In this document: positions 52,076 through 64,000 of the stretch, in pieces
Layout of the letters: the number at the start of each line of letters is the position of its first letter
How positions within the stretch are numbered: position 1 is the first letter of the stretch
Source of the DNA: Azolla caroliniana
Taxonomy: Eukaryota > Plantae > Polypodiophyta
DNA length: 64,000 bases
NCBI GenBank assembly: GCA_043228905.1
Contig: JBHGNT010000003.1
Span: 9,424,001 to 9,488,000 of the forward strand
Direction of reading: 5' to 3'
Notes under the pieces: generated by a model
What the model saw: the letters and a program-made list of their open reading frames with translations, nothing else
What the model was told of the DNA's origin: nothing
The model's database searches: none
Program-made: the position numbers and the translations under genes

Positions 52076-55000
52076 TGTAAACGATTACTTGTGGAAGCAT
52101 TAGAAAAATAGAGAGATTAGGGAATACACAGAGTACCCGGGAGAGACAGAGAGAGAAGAACCTCAAAGCTATATTCAAAAACGATATATGCCTTCGTCAT
52201 TTACAATTCTGCTCAGTAGCACTATTTATACAAGTCATCATGGAACTGACAGAAGTACCACGTACTTCAATGCTCACACGTGCTTTTGACACTTACTACG
52301 AGACTATAATTGCCTAGTAGTCTAAACTAATACTAGGCTTCCGGTTACTGATTGGACCCGGCTAACCGGCTCCCTAGCTCACCGGCTCTATTGCTTGCCG
52401 GCTTACCGATCTGTCTCGCTTGCCGGCTCAGGCTTATTCAGCCAATCCGGCTCCAGTTGAGCTTGCCGCTTCAACACTCCCCCTCAAGCTCAACTTGACG
52501 TTGGATCCTAGTGTTAGTCTCTGTGGTAGTCGGTTCTTCAAACAGACTTCTCCTGGCGTCGCTCCGCCTTGCTCACGCTCCTCGTCTGGTCCGGTTCTGT
52601 TTGTCGCGACCCCTCTTGTTCTACGCGCCTCAACCTTCTCGATCAGTATGTCTGCTCAATAGGCCCCTCTCAGCTCCTTCGCAACTATGACTCCGGCGCT
52701 TATCGATCCGTCGGTTCCTCCGCGATGGCATCGACTTCCGTTGCATCCGTGTCTGCTTGGCCTTGAATTGATCCAGTTCTTCCGAATCTATTTTTTGAAC
52801 CAAATCGACTGTCTCTGATTCGTTCCAGCTCTTATCCGAATCGGTTGCTCCCGATTCATCTTCTGGTTCCAAGCCCTTCACCACATCGGACCATGTCGGG
52901 GTCTTCGCCTTCTTCCTTCAGTCGGCTCTGTCCTTCTTGACTCTATCGCCTTCTGTTCTTCCCTCACCGGCGCAATCGGCAGTCTCTTTGCCTTTGCCCA
53001 TTCTCCCCCTCAAGTGTGGCACGTCGAGATGTTGAACACCAAGCATTTCGGTGAAGTGCTGCAACTTGTCCGATCCGAGCGGCTTGGTGAAGATGTCGAG
53101 TAATTGCTGATCCATGTGAACATATCGTAGTTCAACTTCACCGCTCAGGACCCGCTCATGCACAAAGTCATAATGCGCTTCTATGTGCTTCGTGCGAGCA
53201 TGGAACACAGGGTTCTTGGTGAGTTGCATGCTGCTTATGTTGTCGCAGTAGACCAGAATCGGGGTCGGTACCTCGATCTGTAAGTCTTGCAGTAGTCGCC
53301 GAAGCCAAATGGCTTCACAGGTGGCAATGGAAGCGCCCCGATACTTAGCCTCAATGCTCGACAAAGCAACTATTGGCTGCTTTTTGCTGCTCCACGCAAC
53401 AGCCGCACTACCTAGGGAAAACATGTAACCGGAGGTTCATCTGCGATCTGATGCATCGCCGGCCCACTTGGCATCCGTGTAACCGACGAGCTCTTCGTGC
53501 CGCTGACATACCGCAATATCCTTTGCGCGCACTGAAGGTGCTCCACGGTCGGCTTCTGCATGAACTAACTTATCATTCCGACCGGATAGTTGATGTCTGG
53601 TCGTGTGATAGTCAAGTAAATAAGGCTTCCGACAATCTGTCGGAACCGTTGCTCGTTGCAGGCCGGTCCGGAGTTGGGACGAAGCTTCTGGTTCCGGTCC
53701 AAGGGTGTGGAGACAGGTCGGCATTTTGTCATGCCGAACTTGTACAGCATATTCAAGACATAATGTGGTTATGAGAGCAATATGTCGTCTGGGGTTTGGA
53801 TCACCTCGATCCGTTGAAAATAATGAAGATCCCCCAGATCCTTCATCTCAAATGCATCCGACAGATGGGACTTGATGCGGTTGATTTCTGGAACTCCTGG
53901 TCCGGTGATGACAACATCATCAACATACAGAAGTATACATACCGGACCAGCTGAGCCTCGCTGGATGAACAATGAAGAGTCCGATTTGGAGGCCACAAAC
54001 CCCATCTTACGCAACCGGTGCGTGATCTTCGCATTCCAAGCTCGAGGGGCTTGCTTTAGGCCGTAAAACAACTTCTTGAGCCGGCATACCGCTGACTTGT
54101 TCATCTCCGATTGAAAGTCGGGGGGCTGAGTCATAAAGGCTTCTTCTTCAAGATCACCCTAAAGAAACGCATTCTTCACATCCATCTGGTGAAGATGCCA
54201 CCCCCTTGCTGCACCAACCGCCAGCACCACACGAACCGTCGTCATCTTCGCTACCGGAGCGAAGGTCTCGTCGTAGTCGATTCCGTGGGTCTGCGGGTAT
54301 CCCTTCGCCACTAACCGGGCTTTATACCAGTTAACAGAACCGTCGGCGTTGTACTTTACCTTGTATATCCACTTGCATCTGATCGGTTTATAGTGACGAG
54401 GAGGGTCAACCAAGTCCCATGTCTTGTTGACATCAAGTGCCCGCATTTCTTCTTCCATAGCGGCATGCCAATTTGCGTCCTTGGCTGCTTCTGCGTAGCT
54501 CTCCTACTCACGCACTTCTGCCACCTTAGTCATGTACGCATAGTGAAGCACCATGTACTCATTGTACCTGTACCGCTTGACGGGATCCTTGTTGCGGGTG
54601 GCCCGACGTAACTCACTGTTACCCGGTTTGAGGCCCTTCTTGGCAGGTTCGGTCTTCGTTGCCAAAGATCCGCCTTTCTCCTTGCCGGAGTCGGATGCAC
54701 ACTGATCCGACTCATCGTTGCCTGTTTCGAATTCCGGCATCTTCTTCTTCCCCTTCTCTTTGCGCATGAACCGTCGCCTCAATTCCTTTCGCGGGGAGTG
54801 CACGGCAGAGTCTCCACTACTCGACGGTTCCTCATCGGATTGGTCCGATTGACTCAATCTCTCATTTGGCCCGCTCAACCGGAACAATTCCGGACGCTCA
54901 TCCTGAGTCCACACTTCTTCATCCTCTACCTGGGCCGGTTCAGGCGCACTAGCCTCATCCACCGGCACCGGGTTGGATTCGGAAGTCGGAACCGGTAAGG

Positions 55001-56713
55001 AGTACCACGATGCCGATTCATCGAACTCGACATCTCGACTAACTCAGGCCTGCTTTGTCCGGGGGTTATAACACTTATAACCCTTCTGCTCTTGAGCATA
55101 GCCGATTAGGATTCATTTTTCCGATTTTGCATCCAGCTTCTTCCGCTACTCTTCCGGTACATGCACATATGCAATGCTACAGAAGATCTGAAGGTGTCTC
55201 AAATTCGGCTTGCGTCCGAAATACAGCTCGTGAGCTGACACCTTGTCACCAATTCGATTCTGGATGTAGACAGTCGTTCGGACTGCCTCCGCCTAGTAGA
55301 ATTTGGGCATGCTCTTCTCCTCCACCATTGCCCTTGCCGCATCAATAAGCGTTCGGTTCTTCCTTTCAGCAACACCGTTCTGTTGCGGTGTGTATCTGCA
55401 ACTGAACTCTCGCCGAATTCCCTTTTGTTGCAGATAACACTATTGAATTGGCCAGAAAAGTACTCTTTTCCGCCATCCGACCGCAGGCATTTGATCTTCC
55501 TCTTCGATTCCCGTTCCACCATGCTTTGGAGACTCCGAAAACACTCGAAGACTTCACTCTTCCGATCAATGAGGTAGATCCATGTGTGTCATGTACAGTC
55601 GTCGATGAAGGAGACGAAATATCGACTCCCGCCAAGACTAGCATTCTATGCCAGTCCCCACACATCTGAATGGATAAGGTCGAGCTTGTTATGGCTCCGG
55701 TTACGTTCTGTAGGGAATGGAAGCCGGTGTTGCTTCCCGAGTTGGCAGGCTTCACATACTTGGGCCTTCCGGCCGCTGAGCTTCAGCAAACCGAAAACAA
55801 CTTGTTTCGCTTGCAGGTCTTGAAGCCTTCAGTAATTGGCACGTTTTCTCCACCACTCGCTTTCCCTGTGGCCCGTTCTGGCACAGTACCAGCATTTCGT
55901 GTCAGATTTGTCTTGCCAGCCTTTGGCACCGCCTTGACTCCCCCTGCCTGTGGAAGTCCCGGAATTGTTGTCAGCCCGTTCTCTGTGCCTTCGTTCTTGC
56001 TCTTGCCGGCCGCCTCCAGTGCGTGTCGACCCGCCTCGTCTACCACGCCCACAGGACTGATCTGCTTCCGTGTACAGCATCCGGCTGTCAATGGGTACGC
56101 TAGTTGACGCACCGGCGTGGTTCTCCTCTACAATGAGCATCGACTGTAAGTCGAAAAATGACGATGTATTCTCCCTTGTACATACCACCGTTCAGAACGC
56201 TCTGAACTTAGACACTAGGCACCCAAGACAGACCTGTACCATCTCGTCTTCCTCTATGGTAACGTTGATAGAGGCAAGCGAGTCACAGATCTCTTTGATC
56301 CGGGCCGTGTAATCCGCCACTGACATGTCCTTCTGTCGGACATTGCTCAACTCCTGTCGGAGTTGCAGCTTCCGGGCTGTAGTGCTCGCGGCGAAAACCT
56401 TCTTCAGGTTCCCCCAAGCCTGCTTCAGCATCTTGGCATCTCGAATGTAGCTCAGCAGTTGGTCTCCGACACTGGACGCGAAGCAGTACATCACTTTGCT
56501 TGCCGATTGTTCCCACACTGGGAAGTCCTTATGTGACGCATCAGGTGCTGTTTCGTTGGCTCCTTCGATGAAACTCTAGTAGCCATGCCCAAACAGGTAC
56601 TGGTGCATCTTATATGACCAAGATGCATAGTTGGATCTGTCGAGTTTCTCCACAGGGAGCGAACCAGCCATTCCTCTATCCATCACTTATCTGTCTATTG
56701 TTCTTACGACCTG
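52076..56713 (-). mobile_element. Ty1/Copia element (second family), 3' LTR plus decayed internal region
   Basis: LTR 52076-52476 and PPT AGGGGGAG. Gag starts MAGSLPVEKLDRSNYASW at 56671, followed by INT, RT (LLYVDD) and RH (ARTKHIE). Confidence 0.92.
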
Positions 56714-57379
56714 TGTTGGGAGACAGGTCCCTCCGGATGGGAAGGGAGAAGAACAGTGCTGACGAACAATCTCGGCCGAGGCTGATAGGCCGAGGCCGAA
56801 ACCGGAAGAGGAGTACCCGGCTACGGAGAGCCGGATGGTGCAGGCCCGGTGAGAACCGGATAAGGAGTAGTCGGCTACGGAGAGCCGGATGGTGCAGACC
56901 CGGTGTGAACCGGATGAGGAGTACCCGGCTACGGAGAGCCGGATGGTGCAGACCCGGTGTGAAGCGGATGAGGAGTACCCGGCTACGGAGAGCCAGATGG
57001 TCCAAACCCGGTGAGAACCGGAGGAAGAGACATATTCGTAAATATGTTTCTGAGAGCCCATCGAGGCTATATTTGTAAATAGCCGAAAAGTCATATTAGT
57101 ATAAATATGACTTAGGGCAAATATGTGTTGCTGTTGTTGTCATTTCTGTTTTGCACGAGATTAGTGTGCGTAACTGTACAGAGAGAGAGAGAGAGAGAGA
57201 GAGAGGTCGTTGCCTCTGTTGTAACCGTCGCCTGTGGCGAAGATCCGTGAGCACGAGGTCGGTGCCTCAGTGAACTCACTGTTGTACATACTTACATAGT
57301 GACAGTTTGCAGCCTGTGGGCTGCCGTGGTTTTTCCCCCTAGTTTGGGGTTTTCCACGTAAACATCTTGTGTACCTTTT
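56714..57379 (+). mobile_element. Copia-family LTR (plus orientation), interrupted by a sister element
   Basis: Begins TGTTGGGAGACAGG, is the reverse-complement homologue of 57380-58127, and has internal 60-bp tandem repeats. Confidence 0.88.
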
Positions 57380-58850
57380 TGACGGGAACTGGACGTTCCT
57401 TATGTCCAACACTCAGCCACAGCCGAGATTCTTTTCATACACAAAAAAACGGGAAATAAAACACGATACAAGCGAGAGGAAGATACACACACACTACACA
57501 GGAGGTTTACGTGGAAAACCCCAAACTAGGGGAAAAACCACGGCAGCCCACAGGCTGCAAACTGTCACTATGTATGAATGTACAAAACAGTGAGTTCTCG
57601 GAGGCAACGACCTCGGACTCACGCTCTTCGCCACAGGCGGCGGTTACAATAGAGGCAACGACCTCTTTCTCTCTCTCTCTCTCTGTACACTATTACGTGC
57701 TCTCTCTTCTTCTTGCACCAACAAGAAAAGTAACAACAACAACAATTACTAAAAGTTTGCCCTAAGTCATATTTATACAAATATGACTTTTCGGCTATTT
57801 ACAAATATAGCCACGATGGGCTCTCAGAAACATATTTACGAATATGTCTCTTCCTCCGGTTCATACCGGGTCTGCACCATCCGGCTCTCCGTAGCCGGGT
57901 ACTCCTCGTCCAGTTCATATTGGGTCTGCACCATCCGGCTCTCCATAGCCGGGTACTCCTCATCCGGTTCATACCGGGCCTGCACCATCCGGCTCTCTGT
58001 AGCCGGGTATTCCTCATCCGGTTCATACCGGGCCTGCACCATCCGGCTCTCCGCAGCCGGCTCTCCGTAGTTTGTTCATCGTCACTGATCTTCATCCTTC
58101 CCATCCGGAGGGACCTGTCTCCCAACAAACTCCCCCTTCACTCCGGCATGGGGTGTCTTACCAGTCCGATCCTCTTCCGGCATGCGTCCAGCTTGTCGGG
58201 TGTCAGCACTTTGGTCAGCATATCTGACCCGTTCTCGGCCGTGTGGATCTTCGTCAGTGCGAACTCCTGGTCATCTACTCTTTCCCGGATCCATTGATAC
58301 CTCCGCTAGATATGCTTCGTCCGAGAATGGTAGGCCGCATTCTTAGCAAGGTGGATGGCACTTTGACTGTCGCAGTAGAGTCAGTATTCCTCTTGCCGGA
58401 TACCGAGCTCTCCGATGAAGTCCTTCATCCATAGTATTTCCTTGCCGGCTTCCACAGCCGCCATGTACTCCGCCTCTGTGGTTGACAATGCAACCGTCTT
58501 CTGCAGCTTCGACTGCCACGAAACAGCTCCCCCTACATATGTCATCACATATCCGGATGTAGACCGGCTGGTATCCACATCAGCCGACATGTCCGAATCG
58601 GTGAAACCGTCCAGTTGAGGTTTTCCGGAGCCGAGTCGGAGACACATATTTGAAGTGCCCTTCAAATAACGGAGTATCCATTTGACCGCGTTCCAATGCT
58701 CCTTGCCGGGATTACTCATGAACCGGCTCACCACTCCGACTGCGTATCCTATATTCGGTCGGGTACACACCATAGCGTACATCAAGCTCTCGACAGCAGA
58801 GGCATATGGAATCTTCATCATATCCACCTTCTCTGCTTTCGTCTTCAAGC
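57380..58850 (-). mobile_element. 3' end of a Tork/Tnt1-like Copia (LTR 57380-58127, PPT, RT-RH)
   Basis: PPT AAGGGGGAG and KIPYASAV.SLMYAMVCTRP..ALSTTEAEY. Confidence 0.93.
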
Positions 58851-59410
58851 TGTCATGATAACAGTCACATCATGCATCGAAAGGATCATGACACTCACAT
58901 TATGACTCGAAAGGATTTGAACCCACGACCTTGTTGTACACATGTCAAATCCTTAACCATTGTATTAATATTCTTATATGTATAGTCTCTAGAATATGAA
59001 ATCTAATATCATAGGAATATTCTATATTACTCTACATTCTAGAATGACCTAGAATATTCTAGAGTGTTCTATACCACTAGAACCTTCTAGAATACTCGAG
59101 AGATCTTCTAGATTACTCTACATTCTAGGATAACCTTAGAATATTCTAGAGAGTTCTTTATTACTTATAAATAGGGATCTACCACCCATCCCAAACCTAA
59201 ATTGGTTCAACGCCATTTTGTAGCCTACTCTTTGTAATCCATTTTACGCTTCAATATAATAATTCTCTTTCAATTATCTCTCTATCTCTTTTTCTCTCTC
59301 TTTCTCTCTCTCAGTCTTGACAGTTTGAACCAATTTTCTTCCTTTCATCTCTTCGTCTTCCACAAACCCTAACAAGTTCTCTTCTTCCTTCTCCTCTCCC
59401 CTCATAAGCT

Positions 59411-60535
59411 ATGGAGTCCGTGAGCAAACAAGAATACATGCGTGTTCTTTCTGAGCTCGACATGCTCACGAATAAATTTGTGGCATTAGAGCATGAGAAT
59501 CAAAGGCTACTTGGAGATCTACAACACGTGAGCGCCGAAAAAGCTCAACAATATGAAGAGTTATCACAGCGGGTTCATCAACTTGAGGCGACTATATTGT
59601 CATTACGAGAGCAAGCGTCGGGGGCTCAGAACTCCCCTAGAGAGCCAAAGATCAGCCTCCCTGCCAAGTTTGATGGTACGAGGTCTTTATTTCGAGGCTT
59701 TTTGAATCAAGTTCGTTTAGTTATTCAGCTACATCCCAATCGGTATCCAACTGATGCTGCTCGTGTGGGATTAGTGGGAACTTTGCTATGCGGTACGGCG
59801 TTAGCATGGTTCGCACCACTTCTCGAGAAGAAATCACCATTGTTGGAGGATTTCGAGGCCTTTGTTAAAGAGTTTCAAGCTAGTTTCGGAGACACCGACA
59901 GCACTAGGACAGCGATAAACAAGATTCGAAGGCTCCGACAAGGAGATCGTCCCGCGTCATCTTATGCAGCCGATTTCCGTCTCTTGGCATGCGATATCCC
60001 TTGGGATGAGGCAGCTTTAATGGATCAATTCCGTCAAGGTTTGAGAAATGATGTCAAAGATCTTCTTCTTACTTTCCCTGAAGATCCGAAGTCACTTACA
60101 GAAGCCATTAGTCGAGCTGTGCGATGTGATAATCGCCTATTTGAGCGACGTTCTGAGCGCCAACAAATGTTACGCCGCCAACCTGAACAGACTTACGCTT
60201 CCGTAGTCGCAACGCCTCCACAAGTTTCTAGACCCATTACAAGGGATGGCCCAACTCCGATGGAAATAGAGTCAACACAACGTCGTGGGCCGTTATCAGA
60301 TGCTGAGAAGCAACGACGTCGAGCGCATCGCCTCTGCCTGTATTGTGGTGGTCCAGGACATATAGCTGTAAATTGTCCACATAAACCTAGGCGTCAAGTA
60401 TACCAAGTAAGTGCCCATGAAAACCCTACATCGAGTTCTATTGTTACTTCTAATAACATAAATAAGCCTCATAGTCCATGTCATGAGAATAGATTCGATG
60501 TCTTGAGTCAATTAGAGGATGTGTTAAACGAGTAA
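59411..60535 (+). CDS. gag: Gag, intact, 374 aa
   Basis: Retrotransposon gag domain, PTPMEI motif and [14 protein letters not shown] knuckle. Confidence 0.93.
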   Translation: MESVSKQEYMRVLSELDMLTNKFVALEHENQRLLGDLQHVSAEKAQQYEELSQRVHQLEATILSLREQASGAQNSPREPKISLPAKFDGTRSLFRGFLNQVRLVIQLHPNRYPTDAARVGLVGTLLCGTALAWFAPLLEKKSPLLEDFEAFVKEFQASFGDTDSTRTAINKIRRLRQGDRPASSYAADFRLLACDIPWDEAALMDQFRQGLRNDVKDLLLTFPEDPKSLTEAISRAVRCDNRLFERRSERQQMLRRQPEQTYASVVATPPQVSRPITRDGPTPMEIESTQRRGPLSDAEKQRRRAHRLCLYCGGPGHIAVNCPHKPRRQVYQVSAHENPTSSSIVTSNNINKPHSPCHENRFDVLSQLEDVLNE

Positions 60536-60575
60536 GTCCGGCCAAAATAGGAGCCATTTGGCTGGACCATCCTAG
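60523..60575 (+). promoter_or_regulatory. Putative -1 ribosomal frameshift signal
   Basis: G_TTA_AAC, a 6-nt spacer and an 11-bp stem. Conserved at 8285-8339 on the minus strand. Confidence 0.75.
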
Positions 60576-63500
60576 CTATGTAGAGTTAGTTCCTAGTCGT
60601 GGTTCCATTTCATCAAATCAAGTGAGTCGAGTTTTTTCAGCACAAGTCGAGCTTACCACATCTACATGTCATCGAGTCCTAGCCTCTGCCCTTCTAGATT
60701 CTTGAGCCAACTCTTGTTTCATGGATCGTGAATTTGCCTTGTCACAAAACATCCTCTTGAATAAGCTTCCCAACCCAGTAGCCGTAGGAGTCATCGATGG
60801 ACGTCCCATAGCATCAGGAGATATAGTCGAGGAGTCCGAGCCAATTAGATAGTTCTTGGCAATTTGGCAAGCATAATCTCTTTCAATATTATTCGTAGTC
60901 CGGACCACCCAATAGTTCTAGGTCTCCCCTGGTTTGAACTCCATAACCCGAAGATTGATTGGATGAAAAGAACAATTGAGGAGACTCGGGAAAAAAGCAC
61001 AAATCCCGCATCCCTCTCTCCTACATGTGCTAATAGATCCCCGGAGTTGTCACCCATCTCTTTACGACAGTTGCGGGAGGAAGGGGGGAACGAGGCCATG
61101 TTCGTCTTCGCAATAGTAGCAACTCCATCATCCACTTCACGTGACGCGGATATTAAACTACCAGAGAAATACAAGGAGTTTTCAGATGTCTTTGATAAGG
61201 TGAAGGCCAATACATTGCCGGAGCATCGGCCATACGACTGCCCTATTGACTTACAACCAGGGAAAGAACCTCCATGGGGCCCAATTTATAATCTCTCCCC
61301 TGTAGAGCTAGAGACTTTGCGGGAATATATTGATGAGAATCTGGCAAACGGATTCATTCGGCATTCTAGATCCCCTGCTGGTGCACCTATCTTCTTCGTT
61401 AAGAAGAAGAATGGGACTCTTCGGTTGGTCGTGGATTATCGAGGGCTAAACAAAGTGACTATCCGAAATAGATATGCTCTACCATTAATCCCGAATCTTT
61501 TGGAACGTCTCAGTGGTGCAAAATATTTCACGAAGTTGGACCTTCGTGGAGCATATAATCTAGTTCGGATTCGCCCGGGGGATGAATGGAAGACAGCTTT
61601 CCGCACTCGCTATGGACATTTTGAGTATACAGTGATGCCATTTGGTCTCACGAATGCACCTGCTGTTTTCCAACATATGGCGAACAATATTTTTCGAGAT
61701 TTTCTTGATATCTTCACTATAGTTTACCTAGATGATATTTTAATCTACTCAAAGACCCAAGAGGAGCATGATGCACATGTTCGTCAAGTACTATGCCGAC
61801 TCCGAGAATATGGTCTCTACGCAAAACTAGAAAAGTGTAGTTTCGGCCAGAATCAAGTGGAATTTTTGGGGTATGTTGTATCGTCAAATGGTATTGCTAT
61901 GGACCCCATGAAGGTACAGGCAATTTTAGAGTGGCAAACACCCCTTTCAGTGCGTGATGTGCAATGTTTTCTCGGGTTTGCAAATTTTTATCGGAAATTT
62001 ATTAAAGATTATTCCAAGGTTGTGCTTCCGCTTACTCAGCTCACACATAAAGATCAACCATTTATATGGAGTTCAGATGCATCCGAGGCATTCGAAAGCT
62101 TAAAACGAGCATTTACAACGGCACCTATCTTAGCACATGTCGACCCAACAAAACGCTTCATCCTCAAAGCCGATGCATCCGATTTTGCACTAGGGAGTGT
62201 CCTCTCGCAGACTGGAGATGATGGACAACTACACCCTGTCGCCTTTCATTCACGAAAGTTTGAAGCTGTAGAGATCAACTACGAGATCCATGACAAAGAG
62301 CTTCTTGCAATCGTGGATTCGTTTCAACAATGGCGACATTTCCTAGAAGGTTCTTCTCAGCAGATCATTGTCTACAATGATCATAAGAACCTGACTTATT
62401 TCCAAAATGCTCGAGTCTTGAGTCGGCGACAAGCCCGGTGGGCGCAATTTTTGACTCACTTCGACTTTATCATCATATATCGCCCTGGGATGCAGCAAGG
62501 CAAAGCAGATGCTCTTTCTCGGCGCTCTTATATGGAACTTCGTCCAGGGGAACCTGCTTTTGAGCATCAAAAACAAATCCTTTTGGGTCCTAATCGATTA
62601 CGATTAATGGTAGTTAATGCCATAACAGCTCTTGAAAATTCCACTCTTCTTGATTCCATTCGAGATCATATGGCCACTGATGATTTCGCCAAGGATGTTT
62701 TGGATCATATCGTCCCGGATCGTGCTTCTTGCTCACAGTCGAAAAATCCTCGTAATGACTATTGTCAGTTCTATTGGCATGATGGTTTTCTATTTCGACA
62801 AAATTTATTGTATGTTCCTGATGGTCCCCCACGGCTACAAGTTTTGCAACATTGCCATGACTCACCAATGGCTGGTCATTTTGGAGTTCACAAGACTCTA
62901 GAATTAATTTCTCGACGCTATTGGTGGCCTCGCCTTCGTCATTTTGTTGAGGAGTATGTTCGGAGTTGTGATATATGTTGTCGATCAAAGAATCCTCGTC
63001 ACCGACCCTATGGCTTACTACAACCACTTCCCATTCCGGAAACACCTTGGAAGTCTATATCCTTGGACTTCATTACTGATCTCCCGGTTTCAAAAGGTTT
63101 TGATGCAATTCTCACAGTGGTTGATCGATTTACCAAAATGGCACATTTCTTGCCATGTACAAAGTCAATTACTAGTCAAGAGACGGCTGATCTCGTTATG
63201 CGGGAGGTATTTAAGCATCATGGTCTGCCAGATGATATTATTAGTGATCGTGGTCCACAATTCATCTCAAAGTTTTGGAAGCACCTGTTCAAACTTCTCC
63301 ACATTTCAGTTAAGCTTTCTTCGGGCTATCATCCTGAAACAAATGGTCAAACAGAGCGTACCAACCAGACATTGGAACAATATCTTCGTTGTTTCATCAA
63401 CTATCAACAAGATGATTGGGTTGCATTTTTGCACTTGGCGGAATTCGCTTACAACAACTCAGCCCATTCTTCTACAGGATATTCCCCATTTTTCGCAAAT

Positions 63501-64000
63501 ACGGGCTGTCATCCTCGATGGACGATGAATGCACATCCAGAAGTTCCTACCAACCCTGCTGCCGAGGATCGTCTTAGTCGCCTCCAAGAAATTCAAGCTA
63601 ACATTCTCCACAATTTGCACGATGCTCAATTTACACACAAGAGGCTTGCCGATCGTCATCGTCTAGACTCCTCAAAAAAGTTCCGCATTGGGGATCATGT
63701 ATGGCTTCTCCAACACAACATCAAGACCACTCGACCTTGCAATAAATTGGATTACCAACGTTTTGGCCCTTACATGATCACTGGTAAGATAAGTGATGTT
63801 GCATTTCGTCTTGACCTCCCTCCGCACATGCATCTTCATCCGGTGTTTCATGTATCCCTTTTGGAACCTTATACTACAAGTTCAATTCCGGGCCGTCTTA
63901 CGACACCCCCACCACCTGTCGAGTTCTTGGACGGGCCTGAATTTGAAGTTGCTGCCGTTCTCGATTCTAAAATCGTGCGCAACAAGTTGTATTACTTGGT
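60529..64000 (+). pseudogene. pol: Pol in the -1 frame; protease disabled, RT-RH-INT-chromodomain apparently open to the window end
   Basis: LLDS*ANS (TGA at 60703) and a 1-bp shift near 60848, then YLDD, ADASDFALG, HHCC, SLDF and FEVAAVLDSK. Confidence 0.9.

Larger units (their letters stand above)
58851..64000 (+). mobile_element. Second Tcn1-like chromovirus, running off the window
   Basis: 5' LTR 58851-59322 (TG..CA), non-tRNA PBS GTTTGAACCAATT, gag and pol. Confidence 0.95.

Overview
A eukaryotic, gene-poor, heterochromatin-like window, inferred to be from a non-seed land plant (plant-type tRNA-Pro, telo-boxes, Tcn1-like self-priming chromoviruses). The scaffold is a degenerate tandem array of minus-strand tRNA-Pro genes and pseudogenes. 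The unit is ~136 bp (72-nt tRNA plus a 64-nt hairpin spacer), spread over four blocks totalling ~15 kb, roughly 100 units by estimate. The array and its flanks are interrupted by nested LTR retrotransposons: two Tcn1-like chromoviruses, a Reina/Tekay-like chromovirus nested in a tRNA-Trp-primed Gypsy, three Copia remnants and several solo LTRs. There are also a double-tRNA SINE, MITE-like inserts and AT-rich palindrome arrays. The most notable signals are: (1) the tRNA array has no Pol III terminators, and its spacer is a hairpin that appears derived from a tRNA half; (2) both chromovirus LTR types carry an antisense tRNA-like A/B-box module; (3) both chromoviruses share a G_TTA_AAC slippery site plus pseudoknot for -1 frameshifting and an 11-nt self-priming site. 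All counts and identities are by-eye estimates.
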